Positions 51,731 through 64,000 of a DNA stretch of 64,000 nt are shown here, piece by piece. The stretch is from NCBI GenBank assembly GCA_951406725.2, contig OX597814.1, positions 172,980,001 through 173,044,000 of the forward strand, written 5' to 3'. This DNA comes from Octopus vulgaris. Its lineage: Eukaryota. The position numbers and the translations under genes are program-made. The notes below the pieces were generated by a model, which searched no databases, was not told the DNA's origin, and saw only the letters and a program-made list of their open reading frames with translations. The first letter of the stretch is position 1. The number at the start of each line of letters is the position of its first letter.

Positions 51731-52243
51731 TCTCTTTGACTCAACTTTTAGTCAGGTGTTGTGTTGCCATATTGTACGTAAGTATATGAACTTTTAAATC
51801 TAACATATACAATTTAAATGGTTTTCAAGTTTCTGTGATTTTTGAAAGCTTTTAATTTCGTGTTTAATTTTTTTTTATTTCGTGATTTAAAAAGTAAAAA
51901 TTCGTTTTATTACTTTCTTATACCCTATTTTTCTTTACAGAAATTTCGAATTCAGTAAAAGTTGAATTTTAATTTATTAAGCAACCAGCCGATAAATTTA
52001 TATTTAAAAGAATGATGAAAACAGATTTAATCTCAATTTGCATACGTAATTTTCTCAATCATAATGACCTTTAGTGATAAAAACAGGCCTCTGATGTCTA
52101 AAGCATTGAAATCCTAAGAATATTTAAAAACATTTTGATGTACAGCGTTGCTCGCTTCAGCGGGCAATTCTATACATATACAGATATAATTATCATACAA
52201 TAATTTAAGGCGGCGAGATAGCAGGCTTTGTGCCTTAGTAGAG

Positions 52244-52278
<35 letters not shown>

Positions 52279-52319
52279 CATTATTATTATTATTATTATT
52301 ATCATTATTATTATTATTA

Positions 52320-52354
<35 letters not shown>

Positions 52355-52356
52355 GA

Positions 52357-52826
52357 AGGTAGCGAGTTGGCTGAATCGTTAGCACGCCGGGCCAAATATT
52401 TAGCGGCATTTCGTTCGTGTCTTTACGTTTTGAGTTCATATTCCGCCGAGGTCGATTTTGCCTTTCATCCTTTCAGGATCGATAAATTAAGTACCAGTTA
52501 AATATTGGGGTCGATGCAATCGACTATTCCTCTTACCCCAAATTTCAGGCCTTGTGCTTATAGTAGAAAGGATTATTATACACTAATTTAAGGCAGCAAG
52601 TTAGCAGAATCGTCAAGCACGCCGGGCAAAATGCTTAGCGGCTTTACGTTCTGAGTTCCTGTTCCGCCGTGGTCGATTTTGCCTTTTATATTTTCGGGTT
52701 CGACTTTGCCTTTTATCCTTTCGGGGTCGATTAAATAGATACCAGTGGAGCATTGGGGACGATGTAATCGACCAGCCCCTCGCCTCTTCAATTTCAGGTA
52801 TTATGCCTGTAGTAGAAAGGGACATT
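52357..52826 (+). mobile_element. Two tandem SINE family B copies following an (ATT)n tract
   Basis: Heads at ~52357 and ~52590; (ATT)n at 52245-52354. Confidence 0.88.
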
Positions 52827-52874
52827 ATAGAATAACTTTTTAAAAAATTAGATCAACATGTTTAAAATAACAAG

Positions 52875-52950
<76 letters not shown>

Positions 52951-53300
52951 CATTTAGAATCGCTTTCTTATTTCGTTACTGCGCATATGTGTAGATTTTG
53001 TCTCATGAGCTCTTCGATCCCGCCTTTTTTTCTGCGCATAATTGTGGGATAAATTTAGTTACATACGTAAAGTTCTGCAAAGGTTCAATGTGAAATTGAG
53101 TTGTTATAGGGATAACAAACATTGCTGTTTAGATATTTAGACACAGTAGAAAGAGATTTGATGTGGACGTTTAATACTCTGAAAAAAAATCGACTTAATC
53201 CGTTTGTCTGTCCTTGTTTGTCCCGTCTGTGTGTAACCCCAAGTGGGCAGTAACGAAATAAGAAAGCAATTCCAAATGTAGATGGCTAGATAGATAGATC

Positions 53301-53384
<84 letters not shown>

Positions 53385-53884
53385 CTGTAAACTCTATACA
53401 TTACTCAGCAATCAGGAAGCTTTGTGCTGATTATGCTTCTCCGAGGAGGCGCAATGATGTCGAAATCCTTTTCCAAGTTGCTACCAACGATCACTCTGAT
53501 GACAATTCCCTTGTATCATTTAGTTTAGTGTATAAATCTACTGAATTTTGTTCGCATTACGCTTATAATTTCAACTGGTTAAAAAATTTTTGTGGCTCAC
53601 ACTCTCAAATCATATCGTACCATTAAAATATGAAAAAAAAGTAAAAACACTTTAGCTAATGAAGATCTTTACCCGAATAAAAAACAAAAACATAAAAAAA
53701 AACAATAAAAGAATGAGTGAGTCATAGTTTTACTTAGTTGGGGTCCATTCGGGACTTAACAAAAAACAACCAGAACAACAACAATAAACTGCATTTTTTA
53801 TATATGAGTTCTATATTGGCCATAGAGTGTAGAGGCAAAACGTAAGTTTTCACTGTTGAATTGCTGTCAGCTCTTTAACTTGAA

Positions 53885-53915
<31 letters not shown>

Positions 53916-54535
53916 TATGTGTGTGTGTGTGTGTGTGTGTTATATGATATATATACATATATACATAAATATAATGGCATATATATATATATATCGTATA
54001 AATATATATATAATAGACAGGGAAGAGGTAGTGGAGGAAGAGGTGGGGTGGACGAGAATAAGGAGAGATGTGAAGGCGACAGTGTTGGTGATAAGTATTG
54101 TAACGGGGAGATGTATGGAAATATATGTGGATGACGGTAAGGAAGGTTAAAAAAAGGGGCCAAAAAATAAAGGATGATGTCATAACAAATACAACAATCA
54201 CGAATATATACACACACACACATATATACATGTATGCATACATATATCTATAAATATAGATATGTATAAGCATGCGAGAAAGAAAGGGAGAAAGCACCGT
54301 ATTGAATAGATTCGTGGAAGTCTATAGCAGGCATTTCAAATTGCATAAAATTGTATTGGCATTTAGCGGGAGCGTGTTTTCTTATGCCTGTAGTAAAGAA
54401 TTCCATTTGCCCAATGCTGAGATCATTTTTGTGCTTATGGTATATTATAGTATGCAATAAACGAATTCTCCTTAGCTTGGCCCTTGCCGTTTGCTATCTT
54501 TTATTATGCTTAATAGCAGTCAAGAGATAGATAGA

Positions 54536-54584
<49 letters not shown>

Positions 54585-55150
54585 AGAGAGGGAGAGAGAG
54601 ACTGGAGAGGAAAATAGTGATTATAAAAAAGATGGCAAGGTGAAATGGGGGTTATAATGTATGCATGCAATTCGAGGTGTGAGTCTGCTGTCCGTAAGAA
54701 TCCGAAACTGGTCATCTGAGTAGATGACAACTGATGTAACACAAAAACTGCTTTCCGTTCGAATTCGTCTTTCCTCTTTTCGTTCTTTCTTGATTTATTT
54801 GTTTCCTTCTTTCTTTATGATTTTTTCCTTCTGTTTCTTTCTTTTACTCGTTCATTTATTTTTTTTTTTCATTTACTTATTCTTATTCTTTAGTGAGTAA
54901 TATTCTTATTTTTTGTTCATTTTATGCATTCCTTATGCGTATATATTTTTATGTTTATCCCTATATCTACCTATCTATATACAGATCTATTTATCTATTT
55001 ACCTAACTACATATCTATCTATTTTTCTCTCTCCCCTATCTCTCCCACCTCTCTCTCTCCCTCTCTCCCTCTCCCTCACTGGTTGCATACACGCGTATTT
55101 GTGTATGAGTGCGTTTATGTGTATATATTTTGTATATGCCTGCATATATA

Positions 55151-55194
<44 letters not shown>

Positions 55195-55375
55195 TATAAT
55201 ATATATATTATATATATACATATATATATAATATATATTATATATATAGATATATATATATATAAGCATGTGTAGATTCATATATGCTCATGCACATATC
55301 TATATATCTATATATTGTATATATGAATATTCATAAATATGCATTTATACGTGTATATATTATATACATTTTTGC

Positions 55376-55437
<62 letters not shown>

Positions 55438-55744
55438 GATACAAATATACATATATAGAGAGATAGATAGATATATGTAAATGTATGTATGTATAGATAT
55501 TTATGTAAATGTGTGTGCGTATATACATGCATATATGCGCGAGTCTGTGCATACATACATGCTCACCTATAGGCACACATATATTTTGTATTTCAATTTT
55601 TTGGAAGATATTTCTCATATATATGTATGTATATATATATATTGTTTTATATTATCTAATTCTTTTATTATTAATTTATTGTTCACCTCCACACTGACTG
55701 CCAAGCCGGTTTTCTAAATCGTGAATGATGTTTCCGTAGCAGAA

Positions 55745-56024
55745 ATAATGATAATGATGATGACGATGATGATGATGATGATGATGACGACGATGATGAT
55801 TATGATGATGACGATGATGATGAAGCTGGTGCTCGTAATGGTTGTGATCATGATCATGATAATCATCATCATCATATTGAGGGGGATGATGATGAACATT
55901 ACGATGATGATGAATACAGTGGTGACGATGATGATGATAATTTTTATTATCATTATTGTTAATAATAATAGTAATAATAATAACAACAACAACAATAATG
56001 ATAATAATAATAATAATAATAATA

Positions 56025-56104
<80 letters not shown>
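55745..56104. repeat. (GAT)n / (AAT)n microsatellite block
   Basis: Direct reading. Confidence 0.95.
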
Positions 56105-56860
56105 CGCGAGAAGAAGAATGAAAAATAGCAACAAGAAAAATCAGCAAAATCTGTTTCCCAAATATGGCAGCTAAAAGATATGAAGAAAAAAGCAGAATAA
56201 ATACGATAAACATTTAAAAAGAAAAAGAAATCTGCATGGTGGGGCTGCGGATTATTCCAGTCCGAGATTTTGAAGATTCTATTGAATCTGTTCTTTACCA
56301 AATTTCTATAGAATCTAAAGATTCTTCAAGATTTCTTTATAGATCTTTTCTCTACTGGCTATAATAGACTTTTCAAAAGAATTATGGGTAAAATATAAAA
56401 ACGAAAAAATGTAAAAACTAAAATATATAGAATACTGGTGAGTGAATATAAAAAAAAAAAACAAGTTACTAGAACTATATATCGACTTTGTATCATTCTA
56501 AATCCATAGAAGTGTAGATATACTTGCAGATAAACTGGTGAAAGGAAAAGTATTCTAATAAAAGAACTTATATTATTGAAAAACTCACTCGCTGAGATGG
56601 GGTTTGTAATGTTATGTTGTCATATAGAAGACTTATATACGTTCGACGAAAACGTTGTAAACCATTATGGTTGTAATGTGACATACATTTTTCTAATGAG
56701 GAAGTCATAACAATGTAATTATAATGATACAATCATAATAATTGAAGTTCTAATAATATAGTAGCTGTAGCAGAAGCACCTGCAGCAGGAGCAGGAGCTG
56801 TAGTAGCGCTTGCAACAGGAACCGTAGTAGCAGTTTGCATAGTTTTAATGGAATACAATG

Positions 56861-57313
56861 AAGAAGGCGGGGCACGAACGGAGAGAGGAGCAAGAAAGTT
56901 GAACTTTATATTTTTGATTCTTACTATTTTCAGCCTTTGTGCTCCATGTTGAAATTCTGCCGCAGACGTCTTTAATTTTTATTACTTACGGAAAGACTTT
57001 CAAATTTATACTAGTAATATACTTAAAGAAGGTTAAGCCAACCCCACTCGCACAAATTTTCTGATCTTGTGCCAAAGTTTAAAAGAAAAGAAGGCGGGAC
57101 ACGAACGGAGAGAGGAGCAAGAAAATTGAACTCTATATTTCTGATTCTTACTATTTTCAGCCTTTGTGCTCCATGTTGAAATTCTGCCGCAGACGTCTTT
57201 AATTTTTGTTACTTACGGAAAGTCTTTCGAATTTATACTAGTAATATGTATACTTAAAGAAGGAACCCCACTAGCAAAAATTTTCTGATCTTGTGCCAAA
57301 CTTTAAAAGAAAA
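56861..57313 (+). repeat. Tandem duplication of a ~227 bp unit (old SINE family B-like sequence)
   Basis: AAGAAGGCGGG(G/A)CACGAACGGAGAGAGGAGCAAG at 56861 and 57088; units highly similar throughout. Confidence 0.9.
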
Positions 57314-57535
57314 ATTTGAATGGTGCTTGATTGGATAAAGTGATGCAGCATCAGACTTATTTTGTATTGTAATGTATGTCCTCAACGTTCTGGACTATGG
57401 AATCCAAGTTACCATTTTCCTCTCTAAAAACCTAAAGCCAGTCAAGTGTTGGAATCGATGCAATTGAATGCATTTCTCACCTGACAGTTATCATTTTGAA
57501 TCTATATTAGAAATCATCATCACGATGCGATTATT

Positions 57536-57750
57536 AAGGCAGCGAGCTGGCAGAATCTTTAGCGCATCGGGCTAAAAGTTTTTCCGTCTCATTACGTTAT
57601 GAGTTCAAATCGAGCTGAGGACAACGTTGCCTTTTATCCTTACAGAGTCGATGAAATAAAATACCACTCCAGTACTGGAGTCAATGTAATCAACCAAGCA
57701 CCCTTCCTTACAATTGCTGGTCTTATGTCAAAATTTGAAATTACCATTAT
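57536..57750 (+). mobile_element. SINE family B (diverged)
   Basis: AAGGCAGCGAGCTGGCAGAATC head. Confidence 0.8.
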
Positions 57751-57868
57751 AATGCAACCATTCAGAAAAACAAAACGTCAAGTAAATAAGCTATCGGGCT
57801 TTGTTACGTGTCAGTTCATTTGTCGTTGCTTTTCTGGAGAACTTAAGAGCGAATCAGCTCCCATATAT

Positions 57869-58041
57869 ACGAAGTGTGCTGAAAAGTTACTAGCTTTTGG
57901 TAAAAGAAAACATTGGGGATTAGTTAGTTATAAATTTATACACTAATTACAGCGGTCCTGTAAACGAGCTCGAGAAATTGGGCCGTCAACCAGGCCTTTC
58001 CCGATACCCTTAAAACCAGAAACTTTTCAGCACCCCCTAGT
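57869..58041 (-). mobile_element. MITE family M
   Basis: TA|CGAAGTGTGCTGAAAAGTT ... AACTTTTCAGCACCCCCTAG|TA. Confidence 0.8.
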
Positions 58042-58661
58042 ACAAGCAAACAAAAAGGCCTCTACGTGATCACTGAAACTACTAAAATCAAATGCATATC
58101 ACATAGTACATACCATCTCAGAATACAAGACGCATTCAATAACGTAGTCTTTAAACACACACCACCTAAGAAAGACAGCGGGATCACAGCAGGCGTGTTA
58201 ATGGTCGGTCTTCTTGATCAGATCTGACTTTGATTTGAAAATAATTGCTTTATAAGTGAATCAGAAGAGAAGGCTTTATATGCTCGCAACGCCAGCATAA
58301 AATAGAAGTTGAATACTGCTCATATCACAGGTAATGTGACACGATGTGATCACTGTTGAAACAGGCTTGCTTGACCCAGGATAGTCTCAAGAGAAACTTG
58401 GTAAAAGTACAATGTAGGTTTTCTCAGCTCGTTTACCGCGTATACTGAAGTACAATGCGATCTCGAATTAAATGCGACCTCAGCATTTTGTACAAACACC
58501 TCCTTTCACATAGAACATGTACGTACGTATGTACGCATGCATATATGTACGTACGTATGTTAGTATGTATGCAGGAATATATAGATAGATGGATAGAGGG
58601 ATAGATATATATGAATATATATACATGTATATTCACATATATGATCCCATACATACATACA

Positions 58662-58692
<31 letters not shown>

Positions 58693-59299
58693 CACCAACG
58701 CCTTGTAGGCTTATGCACAATAACTATACGGAAGTTTGTTTTGTGTGTATGTATGTGAGTCAGTACATTCATAAAGATATATATATACATATACGTGTGT
58801 GCGTGTGTGTGCGCACGCTTGTGTGTGTATGTGTGTATGTAGGTATGCATGTATGCATATATGTATATATATACATACATAAATATAGCTTAAATGAGCA
58901 GTATGGCTTATCAATCTTAGCTCATTGTATATATGTTTAAAATCAAATCGTGTCTAATTTATTTAAATACCACATCATTTATCTCTCTTTACTATTAGAG
59001 AGCTGTACACTATTATATATCAATTTAACAAGTATATTCGCAACTGTTGGATGTAGCGTTCAGACAAAATTTTCACGATGGAGAAAGCTTACATGAATTC
59101 AAAGAAGCTAAAGATATTCCCAGACATCGGTTGTAAACATGGTAAAAAGTAAATAAACAGATGCTTTAAGGCAAACTTAGTTCCGTCTATCTCCATAAAA
59201 CACGAGCGTGTCTGCAACATTTGTACGTATTAATATGGGTGCATATATGTATATATATATATATATATGTAAATTTATATGTATATATATGTATATACA

Positions 59300-59364
<65 letters not shown>

Positions 59365-59429
59365 GCATATATATATGTATATATATATATATGTATATAT
59401 ATATGTGTATATATATGTATATATATGTG

Positions 59430-59513
<84 letters not shown>

Positions 59514-59929
59514 CATGTATATACATATATATATATATGTATACCTAGGTATATATGAATTTATATGTATATATATATGTATATACATGTATATACATAT
59601 ATATATACATATGTATACCTAGATATATATGAATTTATATATATATATACATATATGTATATACATGTATATATATGTAGATATATGTAAATGTATGCGT
59701 ATATTTTCAATGTGTACAAATAACAAGGTAAAAATAAATAGTTACCAGGGTAGCAAAAAATTCACATAAGTACAAAGGATGTTACAGCCTACTTATAAAG
59801 GTAGAAATTCCAGCGTTTGGTGAAAATGTTTTTGTATAACAGTTAAATAAAGAAATGCAGTCAGAACCGGAAGTAATTTTTCATCAATAAACAGACGTCT
59901 TTTTTCACATAGGTAGTTCTTCATTCCTC

Positions 59930-60815
59930 CTTCAAAGTCCAACCGTTCTCCTCACCTTGGTGCTGGGGGAGGCAACGGCATATGGTAAGTATGCTGGCTA
60001 AACGGCTCTTGCCTGGGGAAAGACCTGGTCACCTACCCCAGTATCTTGACCAATATACCCTATGGATCAAAAGTGTAAGAATTCTAACATGATGGTACCA
60101 AGCGGTGGGACCCCCGGGTTGCGAGGTACCACATTGGCTACTGGGGAAGAGCGCAAAGATAATCATGATAGCGGCGGTATAGATGACGCGGATGGGACAA
60201 ATCCTTCTGGACACCTGCCTGCTGATGTAGCCAACAGCGAACTGCGCTGCACAAAAGTCACGAAAATTGGAACATGGAACGTAAGGGGAATGAACATTGG
60301 GAAGTTGGACTCCATCAAGAAGGAAATGAATCGGTTAAACATCGATATCCTAGGAGTCAGCGAAGTTCATTGGACTGGCAATGGTTTCTTCAACTCTGGT
60401 GATCATACAATGTACTTTTCGGTCAATAGTAAGACCAGACAACATGGAGTGGGATTTGTTCTATACAAGAAAATAACCAAGTGTGTTGAAAGTTACCAGA
60501 CCATGAGTGATCGAGTGATTACCATTAGCATCAAAGCCAAACCCAACAACATCACATTGCTACAAATGTATGCACCAACTGCCGACGCTGAAGAAAATGA
60601 GATTGAACAATTCTATGCAGAAATTCAGAGCCGCAATCGAGGAAACACCACGAGCAGATGTTGTGTATATTCTGGAAGATTTCAATGCCAAAACTGGAGA
60701 AAGGGCAGAAGCAGACATCGTTGGCAAAGTTGGATTAGGAGAACGGAATGAAGCAGGAGATCGACTGGTCCAATTTTGTCAAGAACAAAACATGCGGCTA
60801 ACCAATACTTGGTTA
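59930..60815 (+). mobile_element. RTE-clade LINE 5' fragment: APE endonuclease domain, frameshifted and 3'-truncated
   Basis: IGTWNVRGM, IDILGVSEVHW, HGVGF, SDRVI, QMYAPT, FYAEIQ / EDFNAK, GLGERNEAGDRLVQFC, LTNTW (ORFs 60062..60751 and 60570..60842). Confidence 0.92.
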
Positions 60816-61559
60816 CCGTACCCTCACCCTTTCCTCTGTTGATGCTCCCTCGCTGACTGTATGGATTGTTTATCTGTTGATTTATGTCACACTGTCCAGC
60901 CATCAAATGTGGTGTGATTCGCTTTGATCTGCCTAGATCTCTTAAATGGATCCCTACTAATCTACACTAGCACACACACAAATACACACACACACACACA
61001 CACACATACACACACACACACACACACAAACAAACAAACAAACACACACACACATGTATATAAATATATGCATAAGTGTGTGTTCGCGCGCGCGTGTGTG
61101 TATGCATGTATTTAAGTATGTATATTTACATATGTACATACGCGCACACACACACACACACACACACACATACATGACTATCGCGCTGGGTACACGGTTT
61201 CTTTAGATTCTTTGCTGTTTCATATTGTTTAACAATATATAAAGCATTACTTTTATGTTATCATTTCATACAATAAATCAAAAGCTCCATTTATTTATTC
61301 GGCTTTATTATAATTCAAAATTTTACTCAGAGAAATTTCGAAATCCATCTCAATAACATTATAATAAGTATTAAAACCTAGAATCATATTGAGTCCGTTG
61401 TTTAGCAAATGTTCCTTCATTTTATGCATATGGCAAACGCTCCTTTTCTACAACTTAAGAATTTATTTGTGTGAATTATGGTTTTCAAAACACGCACACA
61501 CACACAAACACACACACGCACGCACACACGCACACACAAACACACACACATGTATATAT

Positions 61560-61984
61560 AGGCGCAGACGTGGCTGTGTGGTAAGAAGCTTCCTTCCCAA
61601 CCACATGGTTCCAGGTTCAGTCACACTGTGTGGCTGCGTGGGCAAGTGTCTTTTATAATAGCCTCGGGCCGACCTGAGCCTTCTCAGTGGATTTGGTGGA
61701 CGGGCACAGAAACAAGCCCGTCGTATGTGTGTGTGTGTATATATATATATATAAATAGTATATGTATTTGTTTGTTTGTTTGTCTGTGTTTACCCCAGCC
61801 TTACCCCCACCATCGCTTGACAACGAGCATTAACGTGTTTACGTCCCCGTTACTTCGCGTTTCGGCACAAGGGACCGATAGATAAAGTACTAGGTTTACA
61901 AAGAATAAGTCCTGGGGTCGATTTGGTCGACTAAAGGCAGTGTTCCAGTATGGCCGACGTCAAATGACTGAAAAAATAAAAGAA
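61560..61984 (+). mobile_element. SINE family A
   Basis: GGCGCAGACGTGGCTGTGTGGTAAG head through CAAATGACTGAAA tail. Confidence 0.9.
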
Positions 61985-61987
61985 TAT

Positions 61988-62150
61988 CGAAAAGTTCCTA
62001 GCTTTCAGGGTGACGCGAAAGGTCTGATCAGACGTCGAAACTCCCCAGTTCTTTTACAGGGTTTGGAAACACTGAAGGACCGTTGCAATAAGTGTATGGA
62101 TCTGAGAGGGGAATATGATATAAAGCCAGGAAGTTTTCAATGCTTTTCGT
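61988..62150 (+). mobile_element. MITE family M (deleted)
   Basis: GAAAAGTTCCTAGCTTT ... AAAGCCAGGAAGTTTTCA; internal LQGLETLKDRCNKCMDLRGEY. Confidence 0.75.
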
Positions 62151-62290
62151 AAGTATGTGTGTGTATATATATACACACACAAATATATATATTCCACATC
62201 AGCATATCGTGTAGTGGAGTCTTGATTATAATATATTTATATATATATTTACATAGAAATATACAAAATATATAATAGTAGAAATTAATA

Positions 62291-62820
62291 ATAGTTCAGT
62301 TATTGGGATTTCAAGCAATAGATATGCGGGTATTCCATTTCAGATAATGCAACACGAAAATGACGAGTATTTATGATGGAAAGTTCGTGGTATTCATATG
62401 CACATCAAGAAATAATACTTGAGGATAAAACCAGTACAATAGCAGGGTTAAAAAAAGCTTAATTAGACCTTACTTGAGTTAAAATTATAATTAGAAAGGA
62501 AGTACACGTGTTTCTGTATTGGAAGATCAGAATATATGTAATCATCAGATTTATAATTCTATCTTCAGGATCATTTTCAAAATATTGTTCAGCTATTTTA
62601 GATCACCATAAAAATTAAGCGTTAAATCAAAAATTAAAATTAAACTTTACAAAATTAAGAATTAAAAATTATAAAGTTTAAATTATAAATATAAATTAGC
62701 ACACATATATCAAACTTAGAATGTCAAACATAAAATTATATGAATCAAGAGGTCTGTGATTAAATTTAAAAAATAAAGATAACTATCCACTTGTGATTGA
62801 AATCCCAATAACTGCACTAT
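62291..62820. repeat. AT-rich segment bounded by 24 bp inverted repeats, right end at (TA)n
   Basis: ATAGTTCAGTTATTGGGATTTCAA (62291-62314) vs TTGAAATCCCAATAACTGCACTAT (62797-62820), 23/24 match. Confidence 0.8.
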
Positions 62821-62841
62821 ATATATGCATATCTATCTATC

Positions 62842-62872
<31 letters not shown>

Positions 62873-62976
62873 ATATATGCATACATATATATATACATAT
62901 TAGTATGGCGATAACTATTAATTTCCGGTAACGCTGCCGTAATCTCCTTTAGAGAGACTTAGTAATTTTAATATTT

Positions 62977-63079
<103 letters not shown>

Positions 63080-63311
63080 CATACATACATACATATATAT
63101 ATATATACATATATAGATAGATATATACATATATAGATAGATATATACATATATACATACATATATGCATATATATATACAGGCATATACACATATATAT
63201 ATATATATATACATATATACACATACATATACTCACATATATATATATACATATATGTATGCATATATATATAGAGAGAGAGAGAAACTGAGAGAGAGAG
63301 AGAGAGATATA

Positions 63312-63790
63312 TACTAGCTGGAATACCCGGTAATTCCCAGGAAAGCGAGGCTTATCCCTTGGTTCCGTTCTCATAATTGTTTCACTAATCCAATAACATC
63401 AATACAAATTATGTAGCCCTTAAAACAGTTTTTGTGTATATACAGAAAATACCGAACTGTCTTACACAGGATCCTGTTTTTAGGAATTCCCAATAAGTTA
63501 TGAATACCCAAATTATGTAATAACAGGAAATTTGTTACCCGATAGTACGAAATCAAATAAAGTAGCCACGAAAAGGACTTTAATGCGTCCCCAGAGTACA
63601 TACAACATAGGTAGAAATACTAATAGCGTATGTATACTAAAATTGTGAAGTATGTTACGTAATAACAGGCTAATCAGATATGAGATAACAATTCAAAGTA
63701 AATAACTCTGAGAAGGGCTTTTCTGTTTCCCAGAGAATATTACCGTCAGGGGCGCTAGTGTTGGTACATTCGTTAATAAGTCACTAACCG
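63312..63790. mobile_element. Possible non-autonomous Helitron-like element
   Basis: Terminus TACTAG...ACCCGG....CCCAGG (CTAG end next to a GC hairpin when read on the minus strand); internal CAGGGGGCGCTAGTG. Right boundary uncertain. Confidence 0.4.
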
Positions 63791-63837
63791 AAATAAGTGG
63801 ATGTATTGTTTAGGAAAATACTATTTACTTGTTTATG

Positions 63838-64000
63838 GTTGCGAGCTGCCAGAAAAGTTAGCACGCCGGGTCAAATGCTAAGTGGTATTTTGTCTATCTT
63901 TACATTCTGAGTTCGAATTCTGCCGAGGTCGACTTTACCTTTCATCCTTTCGGGGTCGATAAATTAAGTACCATTTGCGTACTGGAGTCCATCTAATCCC
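63838..64000 (+). mobile_element. SINE family B (cut by window end)
   Basis: GCGAGCTGCCAGAAAAGTTAGCACGCCGG...GTCGATAAATTAAGTACC. Confidence 0.9.

Overview
AT-rich, repeat-saturated animal DNA, most likely intergenic or intronic. The SINE families and the very dense (TA)n/(CA)n/(TATG)n/(GATA)n tracts resemble an octopod cephalopod genome (inference). No host protein-coding gene is supported, and almost all ORF-track entries are microsatellite or antisense artefacts. The centrepiece is a near-intact ~4.8 kb Penelope-like retroelement (PLE, probably Neptune clade) on the minus strand at 26660-31491. It has two ~434 bp near-identical direct terminal repeats, each carrying a minimal hammerhead ribozyme with a compensated U3:A8 core. 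It also has a coiled-coil ORF1 and an RT/GIY-YIG ORF2 with no ATG before its conserved N-terminus. ORF2 overlaps ORF1 in the -1 frame across a correctly phased U_UUU_UUA slippery heptamer, suggesting a gag-pol-like programmed frameshift. The element's 3' end abuts a (TA)n tract. The window also holds further hammerhead-bearing and fold-back fragments in or next to (TA)n tracts, decayed PLE RTs, an R4/Dong fragment in (TAA)n, an RTE endonuclease fragment, Tc1/mariner relics and MITEs, and many tRNA-derived SINEs. Coordinates were counted by eye; allow a few bp of error, more for degenerate repeats.
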